Origin: a virus
IMG/VR virus record: IMGVR_UViG_3300042330_000433
Location: 28,213 to 92,212 of that record
DNA length: 64,000 bases
Direction: 5' to 3' (one strand)
Made by a program: the position numbers and the translations under genes. The notes under the pieces were generated by a model, which was given only the letters and a program-made list of their open reading frames with translations, was not told where the DNA came from and made no database searches. Below are positions 10,091-21,846 of this stretch, piece by piece. How positions within the stretch are numbered: position 1 is the first letter of the stretch; every line of letters begins with the position of its first letter.

Positions 10091-13000
10091 ATGGAAGATG
10101 AAGAATTAAATAGTTATGATAAGAATTTTTTAGATTCTTTAGATGCTGGATATAAAAAATTTAATACTCCTAAAAATAAAAAATTAGCAACTAGAAATGC
10201 TTTTGATTCAGAAATACATCGTGTTAATTTTGATAGTTCTAATCAAGATGAATTAAGAGAAGGAATTAATCCTTTTCTTAATCAATTTGTAGATTTAAAT
10301 GCTGAAGATCCATACAATGAAATAAGAGCTTCTAATCAATCAGGTGGTGAGCAATTAATGAAAGGTTTTGGTAGAGCTACTTCTAAAGCATTAACTGAAG
10401 TAGCTAAATTACCAGGGGTTGTAGCAGGTTCACTTGCAGCTCCATTTGTGGAAGATGGTAAAGGAATGGATATGGCATTTAATAATGCTTGGATAAGATC
10501 TTTGGATGAAATACATGAAAAAATAAATACTGATTTATTACCTGTGTATACTGCAAAAGCAGTTTCAGAAGGTAATTTATGGGATAATATATCTTCTACT
10601 TCATTTTGGGCAACTGATGGAGCTGATGGTATTGGTTTCGTTGCTGCAATGTTTGTTCCTGGAGCAATATTTCAATATGCAGGTTTAGGTGGTAAATTAA
10701 TTAACACCTTAGCTAATTCTTCTAAATTAGCTAAATATACATCAATGGTTGGTAAAGCTGAAGATGCTGTAAACACTTTAAAGTTTATGGGTGTTAGTGG
10801 TAGAAATATTGATAGTGGTATGGCTATCTTTGGAAATACTATATTTGAAGCAGGTGCTGAAGCAAAAGGTGTGGGTGATGATTTAGATTCTAAAAAAGAA
10901 GATTTTTTAAATACTTATATTAATAAAGGTTATAGTCCTGAAGAAGCTGAAGAATTATTTAATGAACAAAGAGCTCTTGCAATGAAAGATACTTTTATAG
11001 CAAATGTTGGAATATTACTTGGACCAAATGCTATAATGCATAAAGCTATTTGGGGCAAAGCTGCTCAAAAATATGAAAAAACTACAGAACAAGGTATAAA
11101 AAGTATTGCAGAAAGAACAGGAACTAGTCTTGGTAGAGTAGGTGGTGCGTTTGCTTCTGAAGGTTTTTGGGAAGAAGGTTCTCAAACTACTGTTGAAAAT
11201 ATGTATGTTGATAAAGCAATGCGTGGTGAACTTGGTAAAAATTTTACAAGTGATGCTTCTATTGGTGATTTTACTAAAGAATATATAAATACTATAAGTA
11301 GTACAGATGGTCAAAAAGCAATATTCTTAGGTGGAGCAATTGGTGGACCAATGATGTCATATCAAGGTAGGAAACAAGATGTAGCTAATAGAAAAAGTAC
11401 AAATTTAATTTTAGATAATATTGATAAACAAATTACTAATTTTAATACAACTTTTGATAATGATATTTATTTAAAAAATGAAGATGGTACATTTCAATTT
11501 GAAGTTGATGAAAATAATGAACCAACTACTAAAAGAAAATTAAATTATAAAAAAGTAAGAGAAGTAGCAAAAGCTTTAAACTATACAGAACAACAATCTG
11601 AATTATTAGATTTAGCAATTGAATCAGGTAATATAGATGTAGTTGAACAAATAAAACAAGATGCTATTTTTAATTTAATTATACCTGCAATATTTAATGG
11701 TGAAGCAGGATTAACTGCTTTAGAACAAAAACTTACTGCAGATAGTAAATTTAATGAACTAGTTGAAAGAGATAATATTTCAGATGAAAAGAATAAAACA
11801 AAAACTTTTGTTAAAGAAACTTTAGAAACTGCAAAATATCTTCAAAAACAAAATGAAAAATTTACAGATTTTAGTAAAGATGTAATTCAATTAGAAAATG
11901 AAAAAGCAACTTTTGAACAAAAAACTGATTTTTTAAATAAATTAAATACAAGTTATTTAAATACAAAACATGTTTTAAGACAACTTGAAAAAAACTTAAA
12001 AACTGAAGAAACTAAAAGAAGTAATATTTTAGAAGAACTTGGTTTAGAAACTAATTTACAAACTGAAGATGAATTATTAGTTAATGCTGAAACAAATAAT
12101 GAATTACTAAAACAAACTAATGATAAAATTAGAGAAATAGAATCTAACATAAAAGATAATAAAAAATCTATTTCTGAAATTTGGCAAAGTAAATTAATTA
12201 ATAAAAGTTTTAATGATTATATAAAAGCAGATGAAGCTGAAACTAAAGAAGCATCTGAAGAAAAAGTTTTAGAAGCTCAAGAAGTTTTAGATACAATTAA
12301 ATCATTTGAAGATGAAGAAGATTTAAAAAATTACTTTTCTAAATTACCTCAAATTCAAAAAGATAATCATATTATTAGTGAAGAAGTTCAAGAACAATTT
12401 AGAAAAATTAAAGAAGCTCAAGCTTTACAAAAACAAATTAATGAAGTTGAAGCTTTAGATAAAGATAAAGAAAAGTTTGAAAAAGATTCATTTATACCAA
12501 CTGATACAACACCTGAAACTAAAGAATCTATAGTAGAAACAACAGTACAAGGTTTAGAAACATTACAAACTTCTGATAATCCAGAAGTTGATAAGTCTGA
12601 TAATATTATAGATAAAAGTGCAAATGGTATTCAGTCAGTAAATGAAGCTACTAATCCAACAAATGTTGCTAAAAATCAAGGTGCTGCTAGAATTATAAGT
12701 ACAAATCTTACTACTGGTAAAGCATTATTTCCTAATTTAGAAAGTTTTGTAACTTATGAAAAAGAACCTAGAGATAAAACTAAAGATAGAGTAACTTTTG
12801 ATGTAGGTGATATTAATCCTAAAAATGAATCTTTTACTGCAAATGAAATTTTTAAAAGAATTAAAAATGGTGAAATTTTAACTAAAGATGAAATTGAATA
12901 TGCTGCTAAGTATTTACCAATTAGTGTTACTTTATCTAATAAAGGTAATTCAGCAACATCATTTATTGATTCTATGTCAAGTCAATCACCAAAAATTGTA

Positions 13001-14317
13001 GAAATAGAAACGTTACCACTTCGTAGAAGTATTATAAATGCTTTAATTGAAAACAAAGGTTCTTTTGATGGTATTATAGGTAAAGTTAATAAACAATTCA
13101 CAGGAGCTCTTAAATTAGGTGAACAAAATTCTAATATATTAGAGTTAGATGTATTTAAAAATATGTCTGAAGAAGATAAAATTAAATATTTTAAAAAAAA
13201 TACCGTATATGTTACTAATAAAGGAGAAGTTAAATATACTTCTAATAATGTAACTGATAATACTAAAGTTTTATCAAGTAGTAATAAAGGTGAAGTGTTT
13301 CTTAAAATACCAATGGTTAATGGTGAAATATTTTATTTAAAATTAAATACTAGTAGATTAAGTGATGAAAAAGCTGAATCTGTATTAGATTTAATTATAC
13401 TACGTTCTAATATATTAAATAAACAACAAGAATTTAATATAGATGAATTAGAAAAATATATTACAGATAACTTACCAAGTTTATTAACTGAATTTAATTT
13501 TGTTAAAAATAATAATGATAGCATTGATGTTACTTTAGAAAAAGTAATTAATTTTGTAGTGTTTTCTCAAAATACAAATGCTAAAACTAAATTAATTTTA
13601 GGTAATGACGGTAAATTAGTATTAGGAGAATTATTACATAAAGTTAATTCACAAATTCCAGAATGGAGTGGTCAATTAGAAAGTTATACTTATACTACCG
13701 ATAGTTTAAATAATTTAGACAGTAATCAAAAACAAGCAATTGTAGAGTATCTTAAATATAAAAGACATAATGTTTTAATTACTAAAGATAGCTCTGCTAC
13801 ATTTAATAATGATGATTATATTAAATATTTATTAGGTATTAATTCAGATTATGCTGTATTAACAACTAATGCTGTAGTGAATGAACCAACATTTCAAGGT
13901 TATTCTAATATATATTTAGATCAAACTGTTGTAAATAAAAAAGCTAAAAAACAAGTTGTAGCTGAAGAAACTAAAGAAGTTAAACTGGATACTACTGAAG
14001 ATTTATTAGGTTCATTAGAAGGTATGTTTGGTGATGATGTTGTTCAAACAGTTAAACCAATAGCACCACCAGAAGTTGTTGCTCAACAAGAATTAGATTT
14101 TGAAACTAAAAAAATTAAATCTAATAAACTAAATGATATATTTAAAAATGCAGATGCTAAAACTAAAGCTAAAATAGTTGCTGTAATAGCTAAACAATTA
14201 GGAATGATGGATAAAGTTAATCCTAAAGATATGAATAGTAGTTTTAATGAATTATTTAAAGAACTTAAAGATAACGAAACTTTACAACAAGAAATTAAAA
14301 AAATATGTGGATTATAA
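10091..14317 (+). CDS. Large ejection protein
   Basis: 1408 aa; Gly/Ala-rich hydrophobic N-terminal segments, EGFWEEGSQ, coiled coils; directly upstream of the virion RNAP. Confidence 0.65.
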   Translation: MEDEELNSYDKNFLDSLDAGYKKFNTPKNKKLATRNAFDSEIHRVNFDSSNQDELREGINPFLNQFVDLNAEDPYNEIRASNQSGGEQLMKGFGRATSKALTEVAKLPGVVAGSLAAPFVEDGKGMDMAFNNAWIRSLDEIHEKINTDLLPVYTAKAVSEGNLWDNISSTSFWATDGADGIGFVAAMFVPGAIFQYAGLGGKLINTLANSSKLAKYTSMVGKAEDAVNTLKFMGVSGRNIDSGMAIFGNTIFEAGAEAKGVGDDLDSKKEDFLNTYINKGYSPEEAEELFNEQRALAMKDTFIANVGILLGPNAIMHKAIWGKAAQKYEKTTEQGIKSIAERTGTSLGRVGGAFASEGFWEEGSQTTVENMYVDKAMRGELGKNFTSDASIGDFTKEYINTISSTDGQKAIFLGGAIGGPMMSYQGRKQDVANRKSTNLILDNIDKQITNFNTTFDNDIYLKNEDGTFQFEVDENNEPTTKRKLNYKKVREVAKALNYTEQQSELLDLAIESGNIDVVEQIKQDAIFNLIIPAIFNGEAGLTALEQKLTADSKFNELVERDNISDEKNKTKTFVKETLETAKYLQKQNEKFTDFSKDVIQLENEKATFEQKTDFLNKLNTSYLNTKHVLRQLEKNLKTEETKRSNILEELGLETNLQTEDELLVNAETNNELLKQTNDKIREIESNIKDNKKSISEIWQSKLINKSFNDYIKADEAETKEASEEKVLEAQEVLDTIKSFEDEEDLKNYFSKLPQIQKDNHIISEEVQEQFRKIKEAQALQKQINEVEALDKDKEKFEKDSFIPTDTTPETKESIVETTVQGLETLQTSDNPEVDKSDNIIDKSANGIQSVNEATNPTNVAKNQGAARIISTNLTTGKALFPNLESFVTYEKEPRDKTKDRVTFDVGDINPKNESFTANEIFKRIKNGEILTKDEIEYAAKYLPISVTLSNKGNSATSFIDSMSSQSPKIVEIETLPLRRSIINALIENKGSFDGIIGKVNKQFTGALKLGEQNSNILELDVFKNMSEEDKIKYFKKNTVYVTNKGEVKYTSNNVTDNTKVLSSSNKGEVFLKIPMVNGEIFYLKLNTSRLSDEKAESVLDLIILRSNILNKQQEFNIDELEKYITDNLPSLLTEFNFVKNNNDSIDVTLEKVINFVVFSQNTNAKTKLILGNDGKLVLGELLHKVNSQIPEWSGQLESYTYTTDSLNNLDSNQKQAIVEYLKYKRHNVLITKDSSATFNNDDYIKYLLGINSDYAVLTTNAVVNEPTFQGYSNIYLDQTVVNKKAKKQVVAEETKEVKLDTTEDLLGSLEGMFGDDVVQTVKPIAPPEVVAQQELDFETKKIKSNKLNDIFKNADAKTKAKIVAVIAKQLGMMDKVNPKDMNSSFNELFKELKDNETLQQEIKKICGL

Positions 14318-14318
14318 T

Positions 14319-14349
14319 TTGGTTATATCAAATTAATTTCGTATATTTG
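14319..14349 (+). promoter_or_regulatory. Bacteroidota sigma-A promoter for the virion RNAP gene
   Basis: TTG (14319-14321), 20 nt spacer, TATATTTG (14342-14349); shares GTATATTTGTATA with the promoter at 5784. Confidence 0.7.
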
Positions 14350-14364
14350 TATAAATTATAAAAT

Positions 14365-17300
14365 ATGGCATGTACAAGAGTATCAATTACAGGTAAATCC
14401 GAATCAATATTATTTGATACAATCTATAATAATTTAGCAAATCAAAATGAACAGCTTGCTGATGAAATGTTTAGTCATTTTAAAAGTGAGCTTTTTAAAA
14501 AAGATTTTGGTAATTTTATTGAAGATTATAATAATAATATTATATCTGATAGAACAGACGAAAATGGTGAACCAAAACTGTTTTATAATGAAACAGCTAA
14601 AAAATATTATTATCTAAATAAAGATAATGAAACAATATATTTTCCTTTAGTTAATAGAGGACTTCGTTCTATTTGGAATTATGACCAAATTAATAAAATT
14701 AAATCTAGATTAGCATTAGCTTATTTTAGTAAATCTAAATTAGATTTTAATAATATTAATTTTGATAAAGCTTCACCATTACCTAAATTAAAAGATTTTA
14801 TTCTTAAAGAAATTCAAGATAAAATTAATTCTTTAGAAGAAGAAGGTGAATACTTTTCAGCAATGTCATTAGAAGAGTCTTTAAATAATTTAGATGAATT
14901 AGTTTCAAATGTAGAAAGTTTCTTTAAAGAAATGAATCTTGAAATTAAAGAAGATGAAGAAAATGGTGAATGGATAGTTGAAGAAGAAGGTAAAGATCCA
15001 GTATTTAATCAACATTCTGCTGAAAGAAATACTAAAAAAAGTGTAAGTACAAATGTGAAACTAAGATTAAGTTTACTTAAAGATAATGAAAACTTAGATC
15101 CTATTTGGAATGAACCTACTTTTCTTAACAGAGATATGGTTTATGCTGCATTACAGGGTGTTTTATGTGAAGAAATTCCACTTCCTGGTGAAGATATATT
15201 TGAATTGCATAAAAGTGCTTTAAATCGCATATTAGCAAAGAAACCATTTCTTAAAGAATTACATAGTTATTTAAATAGTCCTGACATTACTGAAAATCAA
15301 AAAAGTGAATTTAGTCAAGCTTTTAATTTAATTAAAAATAATCATATTGTTAGTCAGTATATTACTGATAAAAATAATGTAGTTACACATAAAAATTTAC
15401 AAATTTCAGATACAGGTTCTAAAACTACAAAAGTTAAAGAACAATGGGATGAAAATTTTCAAAATATATTTTTATCTAAAACTAATAAATTAAAAGATGA
15501 TTCTGTAAAAAGAATAATTAATGCAGGTAAAGTTATTAAATCTAATATTGATAATATTCAAGAATTTAATAAATCTATTAAAACTGGTGTTGAATCTGAA
15601 TTACAACCTAAATTTACTAAATTAGTTGAAGATATAAATTTATTTTTAAAAGCATTAGGTATTGAAACTACTCAAGAAGGTTTACAAATATATTTAGATA
15701 ATTATGGTAAAGATATTTCTTTACAAGATATGACTAATAATTTACTTACATTAGCTATTCAAACAGAATATGTAGTTAAAGGACTTAGTTCTAAATATGA
15801 AAAAGAAACTAAAGATTATAGTAGCTTTTTAACATTATCTCAAACATTTAATAAATTAGCAGCTGCTGAAGCATTTATGTTAACTGAAGGTTCTGATGCA
15901 ACTATATTAACAGGTGGTAAACAAAAATGGATTTATTCTTATCCATCTTATTTATCTAGTACTATTAATCAATGGAAGAGAAATCCTCAAATATTATTAG
16001 ATTTATATAAATCAGGTCAATATCAATTAGGTTCTTATTATATGGGAGTTTTAACAGCTTCTACTGATGTTAATGGTAATAAACTAGGATATAATTCAAA
16101 TGCTGAACAAATTGAAGCATCTCGTAAATTACTTGATAAAATTGATTTAGGTATCATGAATCAAATGAGTACTGAAACTGATTTTAAAAAGACTACTGAT
16201 TTATCATATAAAGATTATCTTACAGATTATATTAATAAAGTAATTATTGGAGAATTTTCAAGAACGACTACACCTGCTGATAAAACTACAGATTTACAGA
16301 TTAAATTTAATTTACCTGTATCTTCTTATAATGGAATAGTAGATGGTCAGTTACAATTAAAAAAACAAACTAAAGATATATTCTTTAATTATTTTGCATC
16401 TGAATATCATAGAATGTTAGAAGCAAGTAATGAAGTTGATAATGCTAATAATGGAGTAAGTAATGATAAATTAACACCTCATTATCATTATCAGTATCAA
16501 GTTAAAAATTCTAAAGGTGAATCAATAGTTAATCCAAATCCTTATGATAAATCAGGTAATGCTTTTAAATCTCAATACTTTGAAAATTTATCACCTAATT
16601 CTAAAAATCAAACTGAATTAGAAAAACAATTAACTGATCGTTTATATACAGGTAGTAAATTTAATTATAGTTTGTTAGAAAGAGGATTAGATCCTGAATT
16701 AGATCAATTATTTGATTCATATCTTCAAGAAAACTTTCATAAAAGATTTACTGAAACTTTAAATTATTTACAAAGTTCTGATATTTTTATTAGAAATGCT
16801 AAAGGATTTATTGTTCCTAATAAAATAGATAAAAATACATTAGATACTCAATATAAAAACATATCTGAATTACAAAAAGCTTATGCTATTACTTCAGATT
16901 TTATGGTTAATGGATTAATTAACAATATTGAATTTTCTAAAATGTTTAGTGGTGATGTTGCTTACTATAAAAATATGGTAGATTATAAAAAACGTGTACC
17001 TGCAACATATACTGATGGATTACAATTAAGAATAAATAAAGATAATGAAACATTTAAAATTGCTACAATTGAAAGTGTTAATCGTAAATCACCATTTTAT
17101 GATTTATTAGTTGAATCTTTAGGTAAAAATGAAGCTAAACCATATGAATCTATAAATAGTGCTGATGCACAAGCTTGGATTACTCCTGCAAGATGGAAAT
17201 TTTTAATTAAAGCTTTAGGTAAATGGACTACAGGTGCAGACAGTCATGAATCTGTATATCATAAAATGATGGATACTAGTGGTAAAAATTTAATTTATAC

Positions 17301-20300
17301 TCAAAAAGAACTTAAATTAGCTGCTCAACCATTAAAAGGTGTATATTTTTATAGAGATGCTTCTGGTAAACCTGTTTATTTAAAATATTCGCAAGCTGTT
17401 TTATCACAAGCATTAGTTAAAAATTCTGATTTAGAAAAGTTATTCAATAAAATGAATGCTGATAAAATTGATGAAGTTATTACATTTGATGGTGTAAAAG
17501 TAGGATCTATTGAACCAACTAAAATACATGATGATAATGGAAATATTAAAGATGAATTTGAGTTAAATAGTCAAACTTTATTTAATAGAGGGTGGAAACT
17601 TCAACAAGATTTACCAACTAAAACATTTAAAGATTTAGATGTTGGTTCACAAATTCAGAAAAATATATTTGCAGGTTTATTACATAATAAAACTCTTGAA
17701 GGATTTGAATTAGATGGTAATCTATATAATGGTCAACAAATTATTACTGAAATAGTAAAAGCTGTCACAGGTTTAACTAATGAAGGTTTGAATTCACTTA
17801 AAAAAGAATTTAAAATTGATGATAATTTTAAAATTGGTAATATATCAGGTTTTTATAAATCATTAATTGCTGAATTAGTTAAAAGAGGTGGTTCTGAGAA
17901 TGTAGTAACTGCTTTAAATGCAGAAACAACTATTGTAGGTATTCCACAATCAGCAGGTAAATTATTTAATATATTTGCTTCAGTGATGAATAGCAGACTT
18001 ATTAAAATTAAAACTAATGGTGGTTCATTTATTCAAATGAGTAACTTTGGTTTAAATAAAATTGAAGCTGAATCACAAGGAGTTAGATGGTCGCCATTAG
18101 CAGATAATACTACTAATGAACCTTATATTTATGTAAATCCAGATACAAATAGACCAACTGTTAAACCAGGTGGAATATTATTGTCAGGATCATTTTTATC
18201 AAAACATGTTCCTAATTGGAGAAAATATTCTAATGAAGAATTATTTGTTAGTTATGATGGTGGTGAACCTATTATTAATAAAAAAATACAAGAAACTATA
18301 ATTGGTTATAGAATTCCTAATCAAGGTCTTGCATCCAATGATGCATTAAGAATTGTAGGAATACTTCCAGAAGCATCTGGAGATACTGTTGTAGCTTATA
18401 CAGGTATTACTACTAAAACAGGTTCAGATTTTGACGTTGATAAAATGTATGTAATGTTTCCATCTTATAGTAAAAACTCTGAAACTGATAGATTAGAATA
18501 TAATAATTATGATGAAAACAATATTACTAAAAAAGGATTACAAAATAGATTAATTGAATTATATAAATCTGTATTAACACATCTTGAAGTATATAAATCT
18601 GTAATGAAACCAATTGATATTGATTTTATACAGAATGAACTTAATGCTTTATTTCCAGGTACATCTACTATATTTATGAATCATTTTGATCCAGAAGTAG
18701 ATCTTAAATTAAGATATTCTTTTTTAGGTGGTAAAGCTGGAGTTGGTCAAGAGGCTAATGCAATGGTTGATATTAGTAGAGAAGGTAATCTATCTTTATT
18801 AGGAGTTAAAAATATATTATGGGGTCATCACAATGAATTAAATGAATCTAAATTTGATGAAGAATTTTCAGAAGAATTATCTGAAGAAGAATTAGATTAT
18901 TATGCAGCTCAAATGCTTAAACCTAATAGTTCTACAGAACGTATTAATGAATTTAAAGATGAACTACGTAAAGTAAAAATTGGTGATTCATTAACAGCTA
19001 TTTTGAATGCATTTGTAGATATTGCAAAAGATCCTTATATTTCAAAAGGTAACTGGATTATGTCAACAACTAATGTTGGTAATATGTTACTTAGATTAGG
19101 AGCACATCCATTATATGTAGTTAACTTTTTAGCAAATCCAATTATTAAACAATATGTAGATTTTCAAAAATCTAAAGAGGGTTTAACAGATGTTCAAGAT
19201 AGTGGTGATACAATTGAAAAATTTAAAAAAGAAATTGTAATTAATGCACTTGATAAAGTAGAAGGTTATACAATTAGTCTTGGTAATATATATAAAGATT
19301 ACTTTAGTCAATTAAATATAGATTATAAAAAAGAAAGATTAGCTTATCAATTAGATAATAAAATTATTACATTGCAAGAATATAATAGTTCTATTGAAAG
19401 TATAGATAAAAGTTTTAAAAATGTATCTGAAGTTTTATTAAAAAAATTAAAAATTCCTGTTGAAGAATTAACAAGGGTTATTGATAATATGAAACAACAA
19501 CATGATATAGCTTTTAATCCTAATAAATTAAATATATTTGATAGAAAAACTAATCAATGGGATAAATATAAATTAAATTTAGAATATTTTAGAAATCAAA
19601 ATACTACTAAAACACCAGATATTAACTTTCAAATTAATTTACTTAATGCTTTTAAAGAATTACAAGAGTATAGTAAAAATGTAAGAGAAAATGTTGTTGT
19701 ATCTAAACTAGATACTGATGGTATGGGTAAAAGTCATAATGATTTATTTGCATTATTTAATCAAAAAGAACAAATAATGACTAAAGTTAATAATGAAGTA
19801 ATAGGAGCTATAAAAGGCTTTAATACTAAGTTTGAAGGTACAACATTAGAAGCTTATTATAATAGCTTAAAATGGGTTAAAAACGTAGTAGAAAACAATG
19901 CTTTGTTATTTCCTACAGGTACATCTCAAATACAATCTATATTTAATGAAGTTTCTAATGATTTATACGGTACTAATTTAGTTAACTCTGAATTAGTAAC
20001 AAAGTTATCTAAAGATTATAATACATATTTGTTAAACAAAGTATTTGATATATCTATTGAAGAAAATGATGATATACTTACTAATTTACCTAAAAGATTA
20101 CATGATTTTAATGAAGAAAATAAAGGTAAGTACTTTTTATTAGATGAATTAAATATTAAAATTTCTAAATCTAAAAAATATCAATCTAGTATTGAATTAA
20201 ATAATAGAAAGAAATCTACAACATATGAAACATTATTTACTAATTCATGGAAAGATTTAATGATAGATAATCCATCATTAGCTGAAGATTTAATTAAATA

Positions 20301-21846
20301 TTCTTTTATTACTTCTGGGTTTCAAATGAATACTACTCAATTTTTTACTTATATTCCAGCTGAATATTTTATTCAAAAAGATATAAATAATAGAGTTAAT
20401 GAAATTAATAATCAAAATCAATATGATTTTTTAGATAAATTTTATTTAAATAATTTAACTGATAAAAAATTAGTAAGAAAGGTATTTAAAGATAATATTG
20501 TAGCTGATGGTGTAAATATAAATAATGGTTTTGTTAATTTATATGACAAAAAAGGAAATTATTATGTAGAATTACATACTGCACCTTCAGTAGATGCTGA
20601 TCCAACTGTTAAAATTAAACCTAGATATTATAAATTAATAGGTTATGATACAGAACAAAAAGGTGTTTATGCTAGAATTCAAGAATTAGATAAAAAGTTA
20701 AATAACAAAATTTTATATAACTTTAATGACTATACAGAATTAATTAATGATGATATTATAAAACTTCAAAAATTAGTATCATTTGATAGAAATATGCAAA
20801 GTATTGATAATGAAATTGAAACTAATAATATTAAAGTTGAACAAGTATCTGAAGTTAAAGAAGTTGTTAAATCTGAAGTTATTGAATCTGATCTTTATAA
20901 AAAATATGGTATAAAAGGAATTGAAATTGTAAACAGATATTCTATTGAAGATACTAAAAATAATCTAGATAAAATTTATGTTTTTGGTGATAATACTAAA
21001 AGAGTAGGTACTGCAGGACAAGCTTCTATAAGAAATAGTGTAAATGCTGTAGGAATTGCTACAAAATTAATACCATCAAATAATGAAAGTTCATTTATGT
21101 CTGATAATGATTTTGAATCAAATAAACAATTTATAGATAGTGATATAAATAAATTAATAGAAAAATCAGATGAAAAAATAATTGTATTTCCAAAAGATGG
21201 TTTAGGTACAGGTTTAGCTAAATTGAAAGAAAAAGCTCCTCAAACTTATCAATATTTAAAAGATCAATTATTAGAAAATTTTGGTTTTGATAATGATACT
21301 GGAGAAATAACTAATTTAATAAAAACAGAATCTATTAAAAAAGAAATAGTAAATAAATCTGAAATATTAAAACCATTATTTATTAAAGATACCACTGCTA
21401 ATGTAGTTAAAGGTTCTGTTGTAAATTATAATGGTAAAAAATGGATTGTTTGGAATATAACAGACAAAGATAAAGCTCAGCTAATAGATACTGAAGGTAA
21501 TAAATTTAGTGGTACACCTAATTTAGATAAATTAAGTCCAATTGGTAATTATATTACTACTGAATTTAATGGTACTGATTATATTGTAACACAAAATGAA
21601 AATATTTATTCATTAGATACTGGTAAGCAAGTATTTACTAATTTAGATGGTTCAACTAAATCTAAAAAAGAAAAAATTATTAATCAGATAATTGAAGAAA
21701 ATAATTTAATGCCAGAAGATAATACATCAGAAGAAGAATTTGATTTAGATTCTTTAGATTATGGTGAGATTACTGAAAGTGAATTAAATACTTTAACAGA
21801 AGAAGAAAAAGCTACAATAGCTTGGCAAAAATTAAATTGTAAATAA
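14365..21846 (+). CDS. Virion-packaged single-chain RNA polymerase (phi14:2 gp66-like) with C-terminal accessory domains
   Basis: GYRIPNQ and catalytic GSDFDVDK (18421-18444); DYKKR, DAQAW, AFVDIAKDP motifs; 2493 aa. Confidence 0.9.
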   Translation: MACTRVSITGKSESILFDTIYNNLANQNEQLADEMFSHFKSELFKKDFGNFIEDYNNNIISDRTDENGEPKLFYNETAKKYYYLNKDNETIYFPLVNRGLRSIWNYDQINKIKSRLALAYFSKSKLDFNNINFDKASPLPKLKDFILKEIQDKINSLEEEGEYFSAMSLEESLNNLDELVSNVESFFKEMNLEIKEDEENGEWIVEEEGKDPVFNQHSAERNTKKSVSTNVKLRLSLLKDNENLDPIWNEPTFLNRDMVYAALQGVLCEEIPLPGEDIFELHKSALNRILAKKPFLKELHSYLNSPDITENQKSEFSQAFNLIKNNHIVSQYITDKNNVVTHKNLQISDTGSKTTKVKEQWDENFQNIFLSKTNKLKDDSVKRIINAGKVIKSNIDNIQEFNKSIKTGVESELQPKFTKLVEDINLFLKALGIETTQEGLQIYLDNYGKDISLQDMTNNLLTLAIQTEYVVKGLSSKYEKETKDYSSFLTLSQTFNKLAAAEAFMLTEGSDATILTGGKQKWIYSYPSYLSSTINQWKRNPQILLDLYKSGQYQLGSYYMGVLTASTDVNGNKLGYNSNAEQIEASRKLLDKIDLGIMNQMSTETDFKKTTDLSYKDYLTDYINKVIIGEFSRTTTPADKTTDLQIKFNLPVSSYNGIVDGQLQLKKQTKDIFFNYFASEYHRMLEASNEVDNANNGVSNDKLTPHYHYQYQVKNSKGESIVNPNPYDKSGNAFKSQYFENLSPNSKNQTELEKQLTDRLYTGSKFNYSLLERGLDPELDQLFDSYLQENFHKRFTETLNYLQSSDIFIRNAKGFIVPNKIDKNTLDTQYKNISELQKAYAITSDFMVNGLINNIEFSKMFSGDVAYYKNMVDYKKRVPATYTDGLQLRINKDNETFKIATIESVNRKSPFYDLLVESLGKNEAKPYESINSADAQAWITPARWKFLIKALGKWTTGADSHESVYHKMMDTSGKNLIYTQKELKLAAQPLKGVYFYRDASGKPVYLKYSQAVLSQALVKNSDLEKLFNKMNADKIDEVITFDGVKVGSIEPTKIHDDNGNIKDEFELNSQTLFNRGWKLQQDLPTKTFKDLDVGSQIQKNIFAGLLHNKTLEGFELDGNLYNGQQIITEIVKAVTGLTNEGLNSLKKEFKIDDNFKIGNISGFYKSLIAELVKRGGSENVVTALNAETTIVGIPQSAGKLFNIFASVMNSRLIKIKTNGGSFIQMSNFGLNKIEAESQGVRWSPLADNTTNEPYIYVNPDTNRPTVKPGGILLSGSFLSKHVPNWRKYSNEELFVSYDGGEPIINKKIQETIIGYRIPNQGLASNDALRIVGILPEASGDTVVAYTGITTKTGSDFDVDKMYVMFPSYSKNSETDRLEYNNYDENNITKKGLQNRLIELYKSVLTHLEVYKSVMKPIDIDFIQNELNALFPGTSTIFMNHFDPEVDLKLRYSFLGGKAGVGQEANAMVDISREGNLSLLGVKNILWGHHNELNESKFDEEFSEELSEEELDYYAAQMLKPNSSTERINEFKDELRKVKIGDSLTAILNAFVDIAKDPYISKGNWIMSTTNVGNMLLRLGAHPLYVVNFLANPIIKQYVDFQKSKEGLTDVQDSGDTIEKFKKEIVINALDKVEGYTISLGNIYKDYFSQLNIDYKKERLAYQLDNKIITLQEYNSSIESIDKSFKNVSEVLLKKLKIPVEELTRVIDNMKQQHDIAFNPNKLNIFDRKTNQWDKYKLNLEYFRNQNTTKTPDINFQINLLNAFKELQEYSKNVRENVVVSKLDTDGMGKSHNDLFALFNQKEQIMTKVNNEVIGAIKGFNTKFEGTTLEAYYNSLKWVKNVVENNALLFPTGTSQIQSIFNEVSNDLYGTNLVNSELVTKLSKDYNTYLLNKVFDISIEENDDILTNLPKRLHDFNEENKGKYFLLDELNIKISKSKKYQSSIELNNRKKSTTYETLFTNSWKDLMIDNPSLAEDLIKYSFITSGFQMNTTQFFTYIPAEYFIQKDINNRVNEINNQNQYDFLDKFYLNNLTDKKLVRKVFKDNIVADGVNINNGFVNLYDKKGNYYVELHTAPSVDADPTVKIKPRYYKLIGYDTEQKGVYARIQELDKKLNNKILYNFNDYTELINDDIIKLQKLVSFDRNMQSIDNEIETNNIKVEQVSEVKEVVKSEVIESDLYKKYGIKGIEIVNRYSIEDTKNNLDKIYVFGDNTKRVGTAGQASIRNSVNAVGIATKLIPSNNESSFMSDNDFESNKQFIDSDINKLIEKSDEKIIVFPKDGLGTGLAKLKEKAPQTYQYLKDQLLENFGFDNDTGEITNLIKTESIKKEIVNKSEILKPLFIKDTTANVVKGSVVNYNGKKWIVWNITDKDKAQLIDTEGNKFSGTPNLDKLSPIGNYITTEFNGTDYIVTQNENIYSLDTGKQVFTNLDGSTKSKKEKIINQIIEENNLMPEDNTSEEEFDLDSLDYGEITESELNTLTEEEKATIAWQKLNCK

